Shown here piece after piece: positions 18,765 to 28,644 of a stretch of DNA of 64,000 nucleotides. Source of the stretch: Candidatus Kaiserbacteria bacterium RIFCSPHIGHO2_01_FULL_46_22 (GTDB lineage Bacteria > Patescibacteriota > Minisyncoccia > Phycocordibacterales > UBA918); the NCBI GenBank assembly GCA_001779595.1, contig MFKO01000002.1, positions 22,279-86,278 on the forward strand. Direction: 5' to 3'. The position numbers were made by a program, and so were the translations under genes. The notes beneath the pieces are model-generated. The model was given only the letters and a program-made list of their open reading frames with translations, was not told the origin of the DNA and did no database searches. Position 1 is the stretch's first letter. Every line of letters begins with the position of its first letter.

Positions 18765-19640
18765 ATGAAAATCGCACTAGTTGCTGCTCGTCCGATATTC
18801 GAAATCAAAGAACTTCACAAAGAGTTGTCTTCGCGTGGACACGAAGTGGTCATGTGGCCTTTGGATGATCTGACACCGGAACAATTTGTAAATGGAAGCC
18901 TAGTTGAGGCCTGGAGCGGATTTGATTTGATCTATTACCGGTCGGGGATGTCAGACGCAGGAATCGAGATGTTGCCACGTCTTCTTGGAGACAGGCCAGA
19001 TCGACTCGTAAACCAGGTGTTCATAAAGTACCCTTTATCTCGACATAAAATTTACCAAGCGTTTGCAGCGATAGAGGGAGGTCTGCCTGTACCACCAATG
19101 TTTATAGGGCGTAATGTTCCATTCGCCAAGCTGACAGCCGAACTAGGATTACCTTTCATTGTTAAGGGTGCGCAAGGGATACAAGGTAACAGAGTATTCT
19201 TGGCTTCTGATGAACAAAACTATACGACTTTACTTGAAACTGTCGAAGGTGATGTTTTGATGCAAAAGTTCATCCCTAATAATGGTGACTATCGAGTCTT
19301 TACAATCGGAGGAGAAGTCTATCAGATATTTAAACGGGTAGCAGAGAACGGAAGTTTCAAAAACAACATGTCACTTGGTGCTAAAGGTGAACCAGTGGTT
19401 GACCTTGAACTGCGAGAGCGACTTGGCAACATAGCGACCAAGATTGTACGTGCTCTAAATATCGAAATCGGCGGCGTCGATATCATCGAGTCCGCAGTTG
19501 ATGGAAACTTGTTCTTCTTGGAGGTTAATGTGAACCCAGGTTGGGCTGGGCTTGATTCTACACTAGGTACAAATACCGCTTCAGCTATTGCTGACTATTT
19601 TGAATCTCGCATCAAATCATCTAGTACTGCTACGCTGTAG
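18765..19640 (+). CDS. RimK-family ATP-grasp ligase
   Basis: PFIVKG..G.QG..V, QKFIP..GDYRVF, FKNNMSLG, GVDII, LEVNVNPG. Confidence 0.85.
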   Translation: MKIALVAARPIFEIKELHKELSSRGHEVVMWPLDDLTPEQFVNGSLVEAWSGFDLIYYRSGMSDAGIEMLPRLLGDRPDRLVNQVFIKYPLSRHKIYQAFAAIEGGLPVPPMFIGRNVPFAKLTAELGLPFIVKGAQGIQGNRVFLASDEQNYTTLLETVEGDVLMQKFIPNNGDYRVFTIGGEVYQIFKRVAENGSFKNNMSLGAKGEPVVDLELRERLGNIATKIVRALNIEIGGVDIIESAVDGNLFFLEVNVNPGWAGLDSTLGTNTASAIADYFESRIKSSSTATL

Positions 19641-20491
19641 GTTTTCTCTAGATCAAAGCCAACAAAAGGATTAAATATATCCATCTGTGGTGCCTTGTTA
19701 ACTTCAAACACTAAAGGTCCACGCGGAGAACGGACCAGATCTACACCAGCTAGACGCAACTGTGCTATCTCCGCTGCTTTGATGCATATATCGCGCTCTT
19801 GCTCGGAGATCTCTGCCTTTTCACCCTGACCGCCTTGTGAGAGGTTGTTATAGAAGCCATCTGCGCTACTTCTCCTTACAGCGGCTATTACCTTTCCATC
19901 CAATACGAAGACGCGTAAGTCGTAATCGTTTTCTATGTACTCCTGAATAAGTGTAAGGTTGTCGTCGGTTCCTAGTTTTTCTTCGAGCTCAGCCAGAGTA
20001 TTAACTTTCCAAACCTGCTTACCTTTCGAGCCGGTTTTTTTGATCACAGAAGGGAAGGTCAGATGAGTGGAGAGAAACTGCTGGTTTACTTTGTATGAGT
20101 GATTTGTCAATAAGATTGACTTCGGTACTTGTATGCCTGAAAGGGGTAGAAGGACACCGATTGTCATTTTGTCGGCAGTCTTGTCCGAAAGCAGATTTGC
20201 GTTGTCGATATAAGCAGGAGCTTGTTTGCTGAGGATTGTAGCAATCAGATAGGTTCGATAAGTGTCCTGATTGGTTCGTCTAAATACAAAACCGGTGTCT
20301 TTAGTGACTAAGGGAAGGTTGTTGTAGATGACGGAGACAGCCTTATTGTCCTCATTATGACCAATAGTTATAAGACAGTCTTTAGTGTCGATGTTCTCTG
20401 TAGTCAGACTCCGGGCAGCGGCTGCTTCGTGAAAAGTAGAAATGAAATGTTCCAGGTCACCGGCGTTCAATACAACTATTTGTTTCAACAT
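19595..20491 (-). CDS. RimK-family ATP-grasp ligase
   Basis: GSKGKQV, QEYIEN.YDLRVF, NNLSQGG, GVDL, FEVNKAP. Confidence 0.85.
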   Translation of the reverse strand: MLKQIVVLNAGDLEHFISTFHEAAAARSLTTENIDTKDCLITIGHNEDNKAVSVIYNNLPLVTKDTGFVFRRTNQDTYRTYLIATILSKQAPAYIDNANLLSDKTADKMTIGVLLPLSGIQVPKSILLTNHSYKVNQQFLSTHLTFPSVIKKTGSKGKQVWKVNTLAELEEKLGTDDNLTLIQEYIENDYDLRVFVLDGKVIAAVRRSSADGFYNNLSQGGQGEKAEISEQERDICIKAAEIAQLRLAGVDLVRSPRGPLVFEVNKAPQMDIFNPFVGFDLEKTYSVAVLDDLMRDSK

Positions 20492-20549
20492 AATGGTCAA
20501 ATCTTATGTTTATTATGAAGGATGGTCAATCTTTTGTTATAATAGCCAT

Positions 20550-21101
20550 ATGATACGCACGCGTGATTTTTTGCTGTTTGGAGCAGTCGTGCTCTTTCTT
20601 TTTACTGGCCTAAGCGTGACTGTGTTGATGGATGCATGGCAGGAAGGAGGTCAATTGGCTACTGTGGTTGAATTTGAACGACCTAAGGAAGTTGCGGGCG
20701 CTGAGGCAGAAGATCAAGTTAAAGACTACGAAGGCAATGCTGAACGTTTACGGGGCAAAATTGCACAAGGGGAAGGTATCGTAGCAGGCGGTCCGGTGTT
20801 TACATCGGTCGATGACTTGATGGCTGCGTCCAGCACGACAATTACCGATCAGACTGCGCCGACTTCAATTTTGATCGGACAAACAATGGATGGTTCACCT
20901 TTATCGAGCGATGAGCTTTGGCGCTATGTGGGTTTTACACAAACCGATCAAATTGGTGTTGCGATAAATGGTTACCCGATCTTCGGTTCTCATTCGAACG
21001 TGGCAGTACTTGATGCTTGCGGGGGAGTTGATGAGGGATCAGGTTATCGTTACTACATACAGCCGGGCAAAGAGGTTGCTGAGGGGTGCTTTGTGAAGTA
21101 A
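20550..21101 (+). CDS. Membrane-anchored protein with YHYH-like C-terminus
   Basis: IGVAINGYPIFG...LDACGG...YRYY; N-terminal TM; TATAAT-6-ATG. Confidence 0.6.
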   Translation: MIRTRDFLLFGAVVLFLFTGLSVTVLMDAWQEGGQLATVVEFERPKEVAGAEAEDQVKDYEGNAERLRGKIAQGEGIVAGGPVFTSVDDLMAASSTTITDQTAPTSILIGQTMDGSPLSSDELWRYVGFTQTDQIGVAINGYPIFGSHSNVAVLDACGGVDEGSGYRYYIQPGKEVAEGCFVK

Positions 21102-21167
21102 TATCCCAGATTGATTTAGTATTGTAAATGTGTTATAATACAGAAAGTCTGCACGCAGGAGGAAAAA

Positions 21168-21668
21168 TTGGATTGGATCAATGTACGTCCACTGAGCAAG
21201 CCTGAAAAATTGGCTGACGTCGCAATGGCTCCGTTGATGCGAGTCATTTCTGGAGCACCCAGTGAAGTTCCCCAAAGTACGCATCGTTGGAACAATGCAA
21301 AGCTAGATGCTGAGATTTGTTCCAGTTTTCGTGATGATTGTATGGTCGAGATCGCTGGTGACCCGGCCGCCAAGAGAATGTGGTACGGCTCACTCCCTCT
21401 TTTTCATTTACCCATTCTGGGTGGATGGAAAAGATATGTTGTACTTCAGTCAGAAAGACCACACATCAAATGGTATGTGGGCTGGATAACACAGGAAGTT
21501 TGCGGCTACTCGAGAATACCGAGTCTAGGAGCAACGCGATCATTGATTGGACCGGGGAATGTGAAATTCTTTGGTCTGAACGCCGCTGGTCTCCAGATAC
21601 CAATCCGCATGGTCGGTGAGGGAAAGATCGGCGACGGTGGGGAGTGGCGGAATTTGCCGCTACGCTGA
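21168..21668 (+). CDS. Orphan hypothetical protein (SD-led, TTG start)
   Basis: TTGATT(21111)-17-TATAAT and AGGAGG SD. Confidence 0.55.
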   Translation: MDWINVRPLSKPEKLADVAMAPLMRVISGAPSEVPQSTHRWNNAKLDAEICSSFRDDCMVEIAGDPAAKRMWYGSLPLFHLPILGGWKRYVVLQSERPHIKWYVGWITQEVCGYSRIPSLGATRSLIGPGNVKFFGLNAAGLQIPIRMVGEGKIGDGGEWRNLPLR

Positions 21669-21730
21669 GGTTGGGGCGCGAGAAAATACTCGCGCCCTTT
21701 TACGTATCAGGCATCTGCTATAATTTTGCT

Positions 21731-22960
21731 ATGCAAAGTAAGCGAATTTTTCCGGAAGGCTTTTATTGGGGTTCTGCAACATCAAGTTTTCAGACAGAGG
21801 GTGGCGTGGAAAATATGGACTGGGCCAAAGGCGCAAAGGAGGGCCGAGTACCAATGATTGGACGTGCTTGTGATTTCTACAATCGTTATGAAAGTGATTT
21901 TGATATCGTAAAGGAGCTTGGGCATAACTGTCATCGTATTTCCATAGAGTGGGCTCGAGTCGAGCCAGAGGAGGGAAAATTTGACGAAAATGAAATTCAG
22001 CACTATTTGAAAGTGTTGGCCGCAATGCGAGAGCGTCGTATTAAACCTTTTATAACCATTTGGCATTTTTCACTACCGCTTTGGTTTTCTGAGAGTGGCG
22101 GTTTTGAACGCAGTGATTCTCCTGAGATTTTTGCTCGTTTTTGCGGTTATGTAGCCAAAAAGCTTGGCAATGACTGTCGCCATTTTTCTACCATCAATGA
22201 ACCCACTGTTTTAGCCAGCAATGGTTGGGTGCGTGGTACCTGGCCGCCATTTAAGGAAGTGCCAGGTATGGGTTGGGCATTATCTAATGTTCCTGGACAT
22301 CAAGAAAACAAAAAAGATAAGGGCTGGCGAAATTTGTTTTTATACTTGCGTGTGCTCAAAAATCTTGCCCGTGCCCATAACGCCGCTTACGACGCAATAA
22401 AGAAAAATGCTTTCGGCGCTGAAGTGAGTATTGTGCATCACATTATCCTTTTTCATGCCAATTGGAATCCGATAAATAAATTCAAAGCTTGGTTTATGAA
22501 TTGGTTTTGGACGCACCGCTTTATTAAGCAAGTGTACAAAAAATGCGATTCAATCGGTGTTAACTATTACTTACACAAGAAGTTTGGAGGCACAGAAACT
22601 TACGCCAAGACTGATATGAATTGGGATGTCTACCCTGAAGGTTTGTGTGGCGCACTAAAGATGGTTGGTAGATACGGAAAACCGCTTTGGGTGGCGGAGG
22701 CTGGAGTGGCTGATGCTGATGACGATATTCGCGGTGACTACATCAAGGGTTTAGTGAGCTGTATGTATACCGCAATTGAACAAGGTGTCGATCTACGCGG
22801 CTATATGTACTGGTCTCTTCTTGATAACTACGAATTGGCACACGGATACGACAAGCGTTTTGGTCTAGTTGAAATTGATTACGATACTTTGGAGCGAAAG
22901 ATTCGTCCGTCTGCATATGTGTACAAGCAGATAATTGAGAACAACGGGTTGGTAGAATAG
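21731..22960 (+). CDS. Glycoside hydrolase family 1 (beta-glucosidase-like)
   Basis: FPEGFYWGSATSSFQTEG, RISIEWAR, TINEP, VAEAG, YWSLLDNYE, RFGL. Confidence 0.95.
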   Translation: MQSKRIFPEGFYWGSATSSFQTEGGVENMDWAKGAKEGRVPMIGRACDFYNRYESDFDIVKELGHNCHRISIEWARVEPEEGKFDENEIQHYLKVLAAMRERRIKPFITIWHFSLPLWFSESGGFERSDSPEIFARFCGYVAKKLGNDCRHFSTINEPTVLASNGWVRGTWPPFKEVPGMGWALSNVPGHQENKKDKGWRNLFLYLRVLKNLARAHNAAYDAIKKNAFGAEVSIVHHIILFHANWNPINKFKAWFMNWFWTHRFIKQVYKKCDSIGVNYYLHKKFGGTETYAKTDMNWDVYPEGLCGALKMVGRYGKPLWVAEAGVADADDDIRGDYIKGLVSCMYTAIEQGVDLRGYMYWSLLDNYELAHGYDKRFGLVEIDYDTLERKIRPSAYVYKQIIENNGLVE

Positions 22961-22966
22961 ATCTAA

Positions 22967-23899
22967 ATGTCTTGGATTCTTCTTGCGACCAGCGCGCAGT
23001 TTATAAACGCGGTTGTTGCTGTTGCAGATAAATACTTAGTGTCGGACGAGAAGCGGATGCCTCGGCCGTTTGTTTATGCTTTTTACACCTGTCTAGTGAC
23101 GGGGTTTTGGCTTGTCATTTATCTTTTTGGGTTTATACCGGGCTTGTCGGCGTTAGGAGTGCCTAGTTTTTCCAACATCAAAATTCCTACCCTAGAGGTA
23201 GTGGCGCTTTCTTTCTTTGCAGCGTACACATTCTTCATTGCTGTCGTGTCTCTGTACGGTAGTTTGAAACGGGCAGACACTTCTGATGTGATGCCGGTAA
23301 TTGGTGCTATATCTGCCGCTGCCTCTTTTGGCCTGACTTATATCTTCTGGGAGGTCAGCTATTCGCCAAATTTTATTTGGGGCATAGTGCTATTAGCGAC
23401 AGGCACTTTTGCTGTTTCTAGTATTCGCTTTTCTACCAATATCGCTCTGGCGGCCATTCATAGCGGTTTATTTTTTGCACTCCACTACATTGCAATGAAA
23501 GGGTTGTTTGAAACGAGCAATTTTGATAACGGATTTTTCTGGTCTCGGGTGGCGTTAGTACTGTTCGCCCTATCTTGGCTCTTGGTACCTAATTATCTAG
23601 AGCTTATAAAAGAACAAAACCAGAAGACAAGCAAACGCACGGGGATGTTGGTGTTTGGTACCAAGATTCTTGCTGGCGTGGCTGCATTTATGATTCTTAA
23701 AGCAACTGATCTGGGTGACGTGGCCGTTGTACAGGCTTTGGATGGCGTGAAATTTGTATTTATCCTGTTCATTACTTTCTTCTTGGGACGATGGCTTCCG
23801 GAGTCTGTTGGTGAACGCTACAGTGACTCCAAAACATTAGTACAAAAATTTGTTTACGTTACCATTATCTGTCTAGGGTTTACTCTTTTGTTTTTATAA
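22967..23899 (+). CDS. DMT/EamA-like membrane transporter
   Basis: About 10 TM segments with internal duplication. Confidence 0.7.
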   Translation: MSWILLATSAQFINAVVAVADKYLVSDEKRMPRPFVYAFYTCLVTGFWLVIYLFGFIPGLSALGVPSFSNIKIPTLEVVALSFFAAYTFFIAVVSLYGSLKRADTSDVMPVIGAISAAASFGLTYIFWEVSYSPNFIWGIVLLATGTFAVSSIRFSTNIALAAIHSGLFFALHYIAMKGLFETSNFDNGFFWSRVALVLFALSWLLVPNYLELIKEQNQKTSKRTGMLVFGTKILAGVAAFMILKATDLGDVAVVQALDGVKFVFILFITFFLGRWLPESVGERYSDSKTLVQKFVYVTIICLGFTLLFL

Positions 23900-23902
23900 A
23901 CA

Positions 23903-24919
23903 ATGAAGAAAAACAAAAAAACTAATAAATGGTTCTGGTGGATTGCGGTTCCGGTTTTGGTACTCGCCTTGATAGCCGTGTTTGTATGGTGGTTATCAGA
24001 GAAGCCAGTGCCTAAAAAAATAGTGTACGGAATGTCGTTTAATACACTTTACGCCAGAGAGCTCAATCTGGATTGGCGAGAAGTTTACGACGCTATTCTT
24101 GATGATCTTGGAGTGCGCCATCTTCGTTTGGCCGCGCATTGGCCGATGGTTGAACCCTCGCCTGGAGTTTATAACTGGACGGAACTTGATTACCAGATTG
24201 AGAAAGCGGAGGCAGTAAATGCCGATGTGATTTTTGCTGTTGGTCGTCGTTTGCCGCGCTGGCCAGAATGCCATGTACCGGAATGGGGTACTAATTTATC
24301 CTGGGATGAGCAAAAGGAAGAAATCCGTGAATATCTCAAAGCGGTTGTAGAACGATATAAAGACAGCCCGGCCATTGTGTATTGGCAAGTAGAAAACGAA
24401 CCTTATCTAGAAGTGTTTGCAAAAGAACACTGTAATGAATTGGACGAAGAATTTCTAATTGAAGAAATTAAACTTGTCCGCGCACTTGATCCGACTAGAC
24501 CGGTCCTCGTGACTGATAGTGGTAACTTAGGTTTATGGGCAGATGCGTACAAACATGGTGATGCTTTTGGGACGAGTGTCTATGTTTATTTTTGGAATCC
24601 GGAGCTAGGTCAGTTCAAAACAGCGTTGCCGCCGTGGTTTTATCGAGTAAAAGAAAATTTCATTAAACTTTTCTACGGTGATAAGCCGACTTTTCTAATC
24701 GAATTATCTGCCGAACCGTGGTTGGTGGAGCCGATAACGAATGTCGATTTGGAGACTCAATATTCCCGAATGGATCTAAGTAAAATTAATGAGATCATTG
24801 ATTATGCAAGGGAAACCCGTTACGATAAACAATATCTATGGGGAGCCGAATGGTGGTACTGGCTTAAGGTTCAGGGGCATACAGAAATTTGGGATAGAGG
24901 AAAAGAGTTGTATAAATAA
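23903..24919 (+). CDS. Membrane-anchored clan GH-A glycoside hydrolase (GH5/GH42-like)
   Basis: W..VEP..G.YNW..LD, WQVENEP acid/base, IELSAEPW nucleophile. Confidence 0.8.
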   Translation: MKKNKKTNKWFWWIAVPVLVLALIAVFVWWLSEKPVPKKIVYGMSFNTLYARELNLDWREVYDAILDDLGVRHLRLAAHWPMVEPSPGVYNWTELDYQIEKAEAVNADVIFAVGRRLPRWPECHVPEWGTNLSWDEQKEEIREYLKAVVERYKDSPAIVYWQVENEPYLEVFAKEHCNELDEEFLIEEIKLVRALDPTRPVLVTDSGNLGLWADAYKHGDAFGTSVYVYFWNPELGQFKTALPPWFYRVKENFIKLFYGDKPTFLIELSAEPWLVEPITNVDLETQYSRMDLSKINEIIDYARETRYDKQYLWGAEWWYWLKVQGHTEIWDRGKELYK

Positions 24920-24938
24920 TTAAAAGCAGAAATTTAAA

Positions 24939-26087
24939 ATGAAAAACCAAACTTTAAGATTTGCACTAGCGGGCGGCAGTATTTGCCTGTCGATCGGTAT
25001 AGTGGCCGCTTTTATGCTGGCCATTGTTCCACTTTACGCGTCAGCCGAGACAGTGGTTCGTACTGGTGGAGATGTATCAATAAACGCCGGGCAAGTTGTA
25101 GAGAATGATTTTTATGCAGCAGGCGGAGGAGTCGTGCATTCTGGTGAAGTGCAAGGTGATATGTATGTTGCCGCTGGTTCGGTCACAGTGAATGGCGAGG
25201 TTGGTGAGGACTTGACGGTGCTCGGCGGAACGATAAACGTACATAACACTATCGGTGACGACTTGCGAGTAGTAGGCGGAGAAGCTGTTATTGCTGGAGA
25301 AGTTAAGGACGACGTTTTTGTTCTGGGTGGCAAATTACACATCCTATCTACAGCTAAGATTGGCGGTAATGTTTATTTCTATGGTGGGGAAGCAGTGATA
25401 GATGGTGAAGTATTGGGTACTGTAATGGGTCACGCAGAGCGCTTCACTATCAATTCTGCTGTTAGTGGCGTTGATGTGGTTGGCGTTTTAGAGTTGCAGG
25501 ACAATGCTTCAGTTAAAGGCGATGTTCGCTACCAAAGTGAAAAGGAAATTACTCGTTCACAGAGTGCAGCAGTATCAGGACAGATAGTTCGTGGAGACGC
25601 TGCTGATGCGGAAAGTAGTAAGAAAAGTAATTTTGGTTTGTTTGCTTTGTTGGCATGGTTTTTCACAACACTTTGTTTGTTTTTCTTGTTCCGAGGTAAG
25701 CTCGAACAACTTTGGCGTCGTCTTCGACGAGAGCCAGCAAAAAGTGGCATCTTTGGTTTGGTCGCCATTATCGCTGGGCCGATCCTAACCTTTATTTTAT
25801 TTGTGACTGTTTTAGGTGCTTGGCTCGGCTTACTTACTTTGATAGCACTGACCGCATTAATACTTGTAGGTATGCTGTTGTTGCCAATAATGTTGGGCCG
25901 ACTAACTGTTTCGATTTTCCCACAATGGGACAAAATGAATTTTGGTACGGTTTTGGTTGGTTTTATTGGTACCGCTCTTCTTTGCTCTTTGCCTTGGTTT
26001 GGAGGGTTGTTGATCTTCGCAGCTCTAGTGATAACTATGGGCGGCTTATTGCTTGTTGTGTATCGGGGCATTAAAGACCAGTTTTAG
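24939..26087 (+). CDS. Polymer-forming cytoskeletal (bactofilin-like beta-helix) membrane protein
   Basis: Repeated G.V.GD....GG beta-helix units followed by multiple TMs. Confidence 0.7.
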   Translation: MKNQTLRFALAGGSICLSIGIVAAFMLAIVPLYASAETVVRTGGDVSINAGQVVENDFYAAGGGVVHSGEVQGDMYVAAGSVTVNGEVGEDLTVLGGTINVHNTIGDDLRVVGGEAVIAGEVKDDVFVLGGKLHILSTAKIGGNVYFYGGEAVIDGEVLGTVMGHAERFTINSAVSGVDVVGVLELQDNASVKGDVRYQSEKEITRSQSAAVSGQIVRGDAADAESSKKSNFGLFALLAWFFTTLCLFFLFRGKLEQLWRRLRREPAKSGIFGLVAIIAGPILTFILFVTVLGAWLGLLTLIALTALILVGMLLLPIMLGRLTVSIFPQWDKMNFGTVLVGFIGTALLCSLPWFGGLLIFAALVITMGGLLLVVYRGIKDQF

Positions 26088-26212
26088 GAAGGACTGAGTG
26101 AATTGGTATCAGGTTGTTAAAGTAGCATTGACTTTAGTCATTTTTTGATTTAGTGTTCGTTACAGACCATTCCATGAGGAGTGGCAAATGCACCTAGAAA
26201 AGGAGAATATCA

Positions 26213-26593
26213 ATGGGGATACTTATTAGGAGGTCAGATGGACTTCGGATTCGTGTGACCGGCACCGGCGTGGATGGTGACCCGATCGGTGAGGTTATCG
26301 ACGATCAGGACAGCATCGTCACGGTCCGTCGCCTCAACTTGGCCGAAAGGGACGCCTACTACCGCGCCCAGAAAAGCGGGAAGATAGAAGTTGCGGTTAT
26401 CAAACACCACAACGGCGTCATCAAGACTCAGCGCTACTGGAGCCCGAGCAGCGGGAAACGTTCCGTTGCTCCGCAGAGATCTTCTCTGCGGAGCAACAAA
26501 TCCTCGACCACTTACAGGGTCGTCGAGATCGAAAGCCAGTTTTCTGTGCGGATCGGCACCAAGCACTTGGACTTTCCGAAGGGTCTCTATTGA
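26213..26593 (+). CDS. Orphan basic hypothetical protein (SD-led)
   Basis: TTGACT(26128)-17-TAGTGT, AAGGAG SD, G/C-ending codons. Confidence 0.55.
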   Translation: MGILIRRSDGLRIRVTGTGVDGDPIGEVIDDQDSIVTVRRLNLAERDAYYRAQKSGKIEVAVIKHHNGVIKTQRYWSPSSGKRSVAPQRSSLRSNKSSTTYRVVEIESQFSVRIGTKHLDFPKGLY

Positions 26594-26653
26594 TCTGATT
26601 CCAAGCTTACTGAGGTAAGCGCAAAGCCATTCGGTTTTTGCTACAATTATTGT

Positions 26654-27340
26654 ATGCAGAAACCGGTGGCTTTTTTTGATATAGATGGAACGGTCTTTCG
26701 CTCAAGCTTATTAATTGAGTTGGTAGAGAAGCTGGTAGAACATAAAATCTTTCCGGCCGAGGCCGAGGAATATTATTTAGAGGCTAAACAGAACTGGATT
26801 GATCGTGAAGGCGACTACGAAACATACATTGATGCAGTTGTAGAGTCTTTTCGGCATAATATCAAAGGCGTTTTTTATGGTGACTTGGCAGACATAGGTC
26901 GCGAAGTCGTTTCACTTCATAGTAAACGCGTTTACCGCTATACTCGTGACTTAATCGCTTCACTTAAAAGGGAAGGTTACTACTTAGTTGCTATATCGCA
27001 GTCGCCAAAAACTGTGCTGGATGAGTTTTGTCGTCAGTACGGTTTTGATAAGGTCTATGGCCGCATTTATGAAATTGGTCCACAGGATCGCTTTACCGGC
27101 GTGGTAGAAGGCGAGCATTTGATTGCCAACAAAGCCAATATAGTAGCCCGTGTTTTAAGTGAAGAAGGATTAACAGACAAAGGCTCAATTGGAGTTGGAG
27201 ATACTGAAGGTGATATGTCTTTGCTTGAAGCTGTAGAAAATCCGATTTGTTTCAATCCCAACCAAACGCTTTTCACTCACGCAAAACGTCGCAACTGGAA
27301 AGTTGTAGTGGAAAGAAAGGACGTGATTTATGAACTATAG
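26654..27340 (+). CDS. HAD-IB family hydrolase (SerB-like)
   Basis: FFDIDGT motif I; GDTEGD motif IV. Confidence 0.9.
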   Translation: MQKPVAFFDIDGTVFRSSLLIELVEKLVEHKIFPAEAEEYYLEAKQNWIDREGDYETYIDAVVESFRHNIKGVFYGDLADIGREVVSLHSKRVYRYTRDLIASLKREGYYLVAISQSPKTVLDEFCRQYGFDKVYGRIYEIGPQDRFTGVVEGEHLIANKANIVARVLSEEGLTDKGSIGVGDTEGDMSLLEAVENPICFNPNQTLFTHAKRRNWKVVVERKDVIYEL

Positions 27341-27355
27341 TTTACAATTAGTTCT

Positions 27356-28021
27356 ATGGAGATCGATAGGCACCAGAAACATAAATCGCAGGCAGGAATG
27401 AAGTCGTTGCCGGCCCGTACCTACATCATCAGGACTCTGACTGCTAATGATGTGGCATTCTGGGGCGCGGATGCATTTGTGTCAGTAGCACTGGCCCTGT
27501 TTGTAGTTTCTTTTATTGAAGGCGCAACAATACTTAATGTTGGTGTTGCTTTGATGATACATCGAGTGGTTGGAGCGTTTGCAGCGATTCCGATCGGGCG
27601 TTGGTTTGATAAACATAAAGGTCATCTGGACGAAGTCTGGGGCTTGTCTATTGCGTGTATGTTAGGTGGCTTCACTTACGTACTGCTTAGTTTTTCTACA
27701 GCGGTTTGGCAACTGTACGTAGCGATGTTCTTTTTGGGCATTTTTGCGGTCGTCAATCTTGCCTCTTGGCGCATTCTTTTTTATAGCAACGTCGATAGTG
27801 ATCAATTTGGACAAACAGTAGGTATTTATCAGACGATGTATTCCTTTGGCATTGGTCTTTTTTTGGTGATTGGAGGTTTTACCGGGGAACGTTTCGGCTA
27901 CGACACTGTACTGCTTGTGGGCGGATTGTTAATGGTTTTTGGCAGCACCTTGCCACTTCTGATCAGGGGATATTTCGATGAAGGAAACAAGAGTCATCGT
28001 CGGTCGAAGCGTTTAAAGTAA
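27356..28021 (+). CDS. Half-size (6-TM) MFS-type transporter
   Basis: MFS motif-A-like PIGRWFDKHKG; six hydrophobic helices. Confidence 0.7.
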   Translation: MEIDRHQKHKSQAGMKSLPARTYIIRTLTANDVAFWGADAFVSVALALFVVSFIEGATILNVGVALMIHRVVGAFAAIPIGRWFDKHKGHLDEVWGLSIACMLGGFTYVLLSFSTAVWQLYVAMFFLGIFAVVNLASWRILFYSNVDSDQFGQTVGIYQTMYSFGIGLFLVIGGFTGERFGYDTVLLVGGLLMVFGSTLPLLIRGYFDEGNKSHRRSKRLK

Positions 28022-28056
28022 TTTCATTTTGCCAGTGGCATTAATTGCATCCAACA

Positions 28057-28593
28057 ATGAACCTACTCAACTTACGACAATCTGCAAAAGGCTTCACTTT
28101 GATCGAATTGCTGGTGGTTATTGCAATTATTGGCATCTTAGCGAGTGTGGTAGTAGCGAGTCTTAGTACTGCCAGAGCAAAAAGTCGAGATGCCTGGAAG
28201 AAGAGCCAGCTTAAAACCATGCAAACTGCATTGGAGTTGTATTTTACTGACAACGGTCGTTATCCTGCGGGTGGTTGCGACAACGGTTCATGGTCACGAT
28301 CTTCTGATTGTCCGACAACATATATAACCGGTTTATCTTCTCAAATGTCTACGTTGCCTACTGGTCTGCAAACCGGCCACTCTTTCTTGTACTCTGCGCG
28401 TGCCAGCGACAATTATCAGAGCTATAAGTTGATGTACAGTCTTCCAGAAACAGAAACAGTTGATGGATCGCATCCTTTGGCTCGTTGTTCAAGTTCCTGC
28501 GCCGCAGGCACGTGGTGTATAACCACTGGTCTTTCTAGTAACCCGAGTTACTACGCAGTCGCAGCTGGAACAAATGCTGCTTGTAACTACTAA
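28057..28593 (+). CDS. Type IV pilin / T2SS pseudopilin (GspG-like)
   Basis: KG|FTLIELLVVIAIIGILA prepilin site; ALELYFTDNGRYP; Cys-rich C-terminus. Confidence 0.9.
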   Translation: MNLLNLRQSAKGFTLIELLVVIAIIGILASVVVASLSTARAKSRDAWKKSQLKTMQTALELYFTDNGRYPAGGCDNGSWSRSSDCPTTYITGLSSQMSTLPTGLQTGHSFLYSARASDNYQSYKLMYSLPETETVDGSHPLARCSSSCAAGTWCITTGLSSNPSYYAVAAGTNAACNY

Positions 28594-28598
28594 GGTTC

Positions 28599-28632
28599 AA
28601 AAAAGCCGCCGCGTCTGACGCGGCGGCTTTTT
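28599..28632. terminator. Bidirectional terminator between the pilin and rnj
   Basis: aaaaaagccgccgcgtctgacgcggcggcttttt. Confidence 0.85.
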
Positions 28633-28644
28633 ATTTGTTTAAAT

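Noticed and set aside
25529-26071. 180-aa minus-strand ORF
   Set aside because: Antisense shadow of the hydrophobic part of the 24939-26087 gene.
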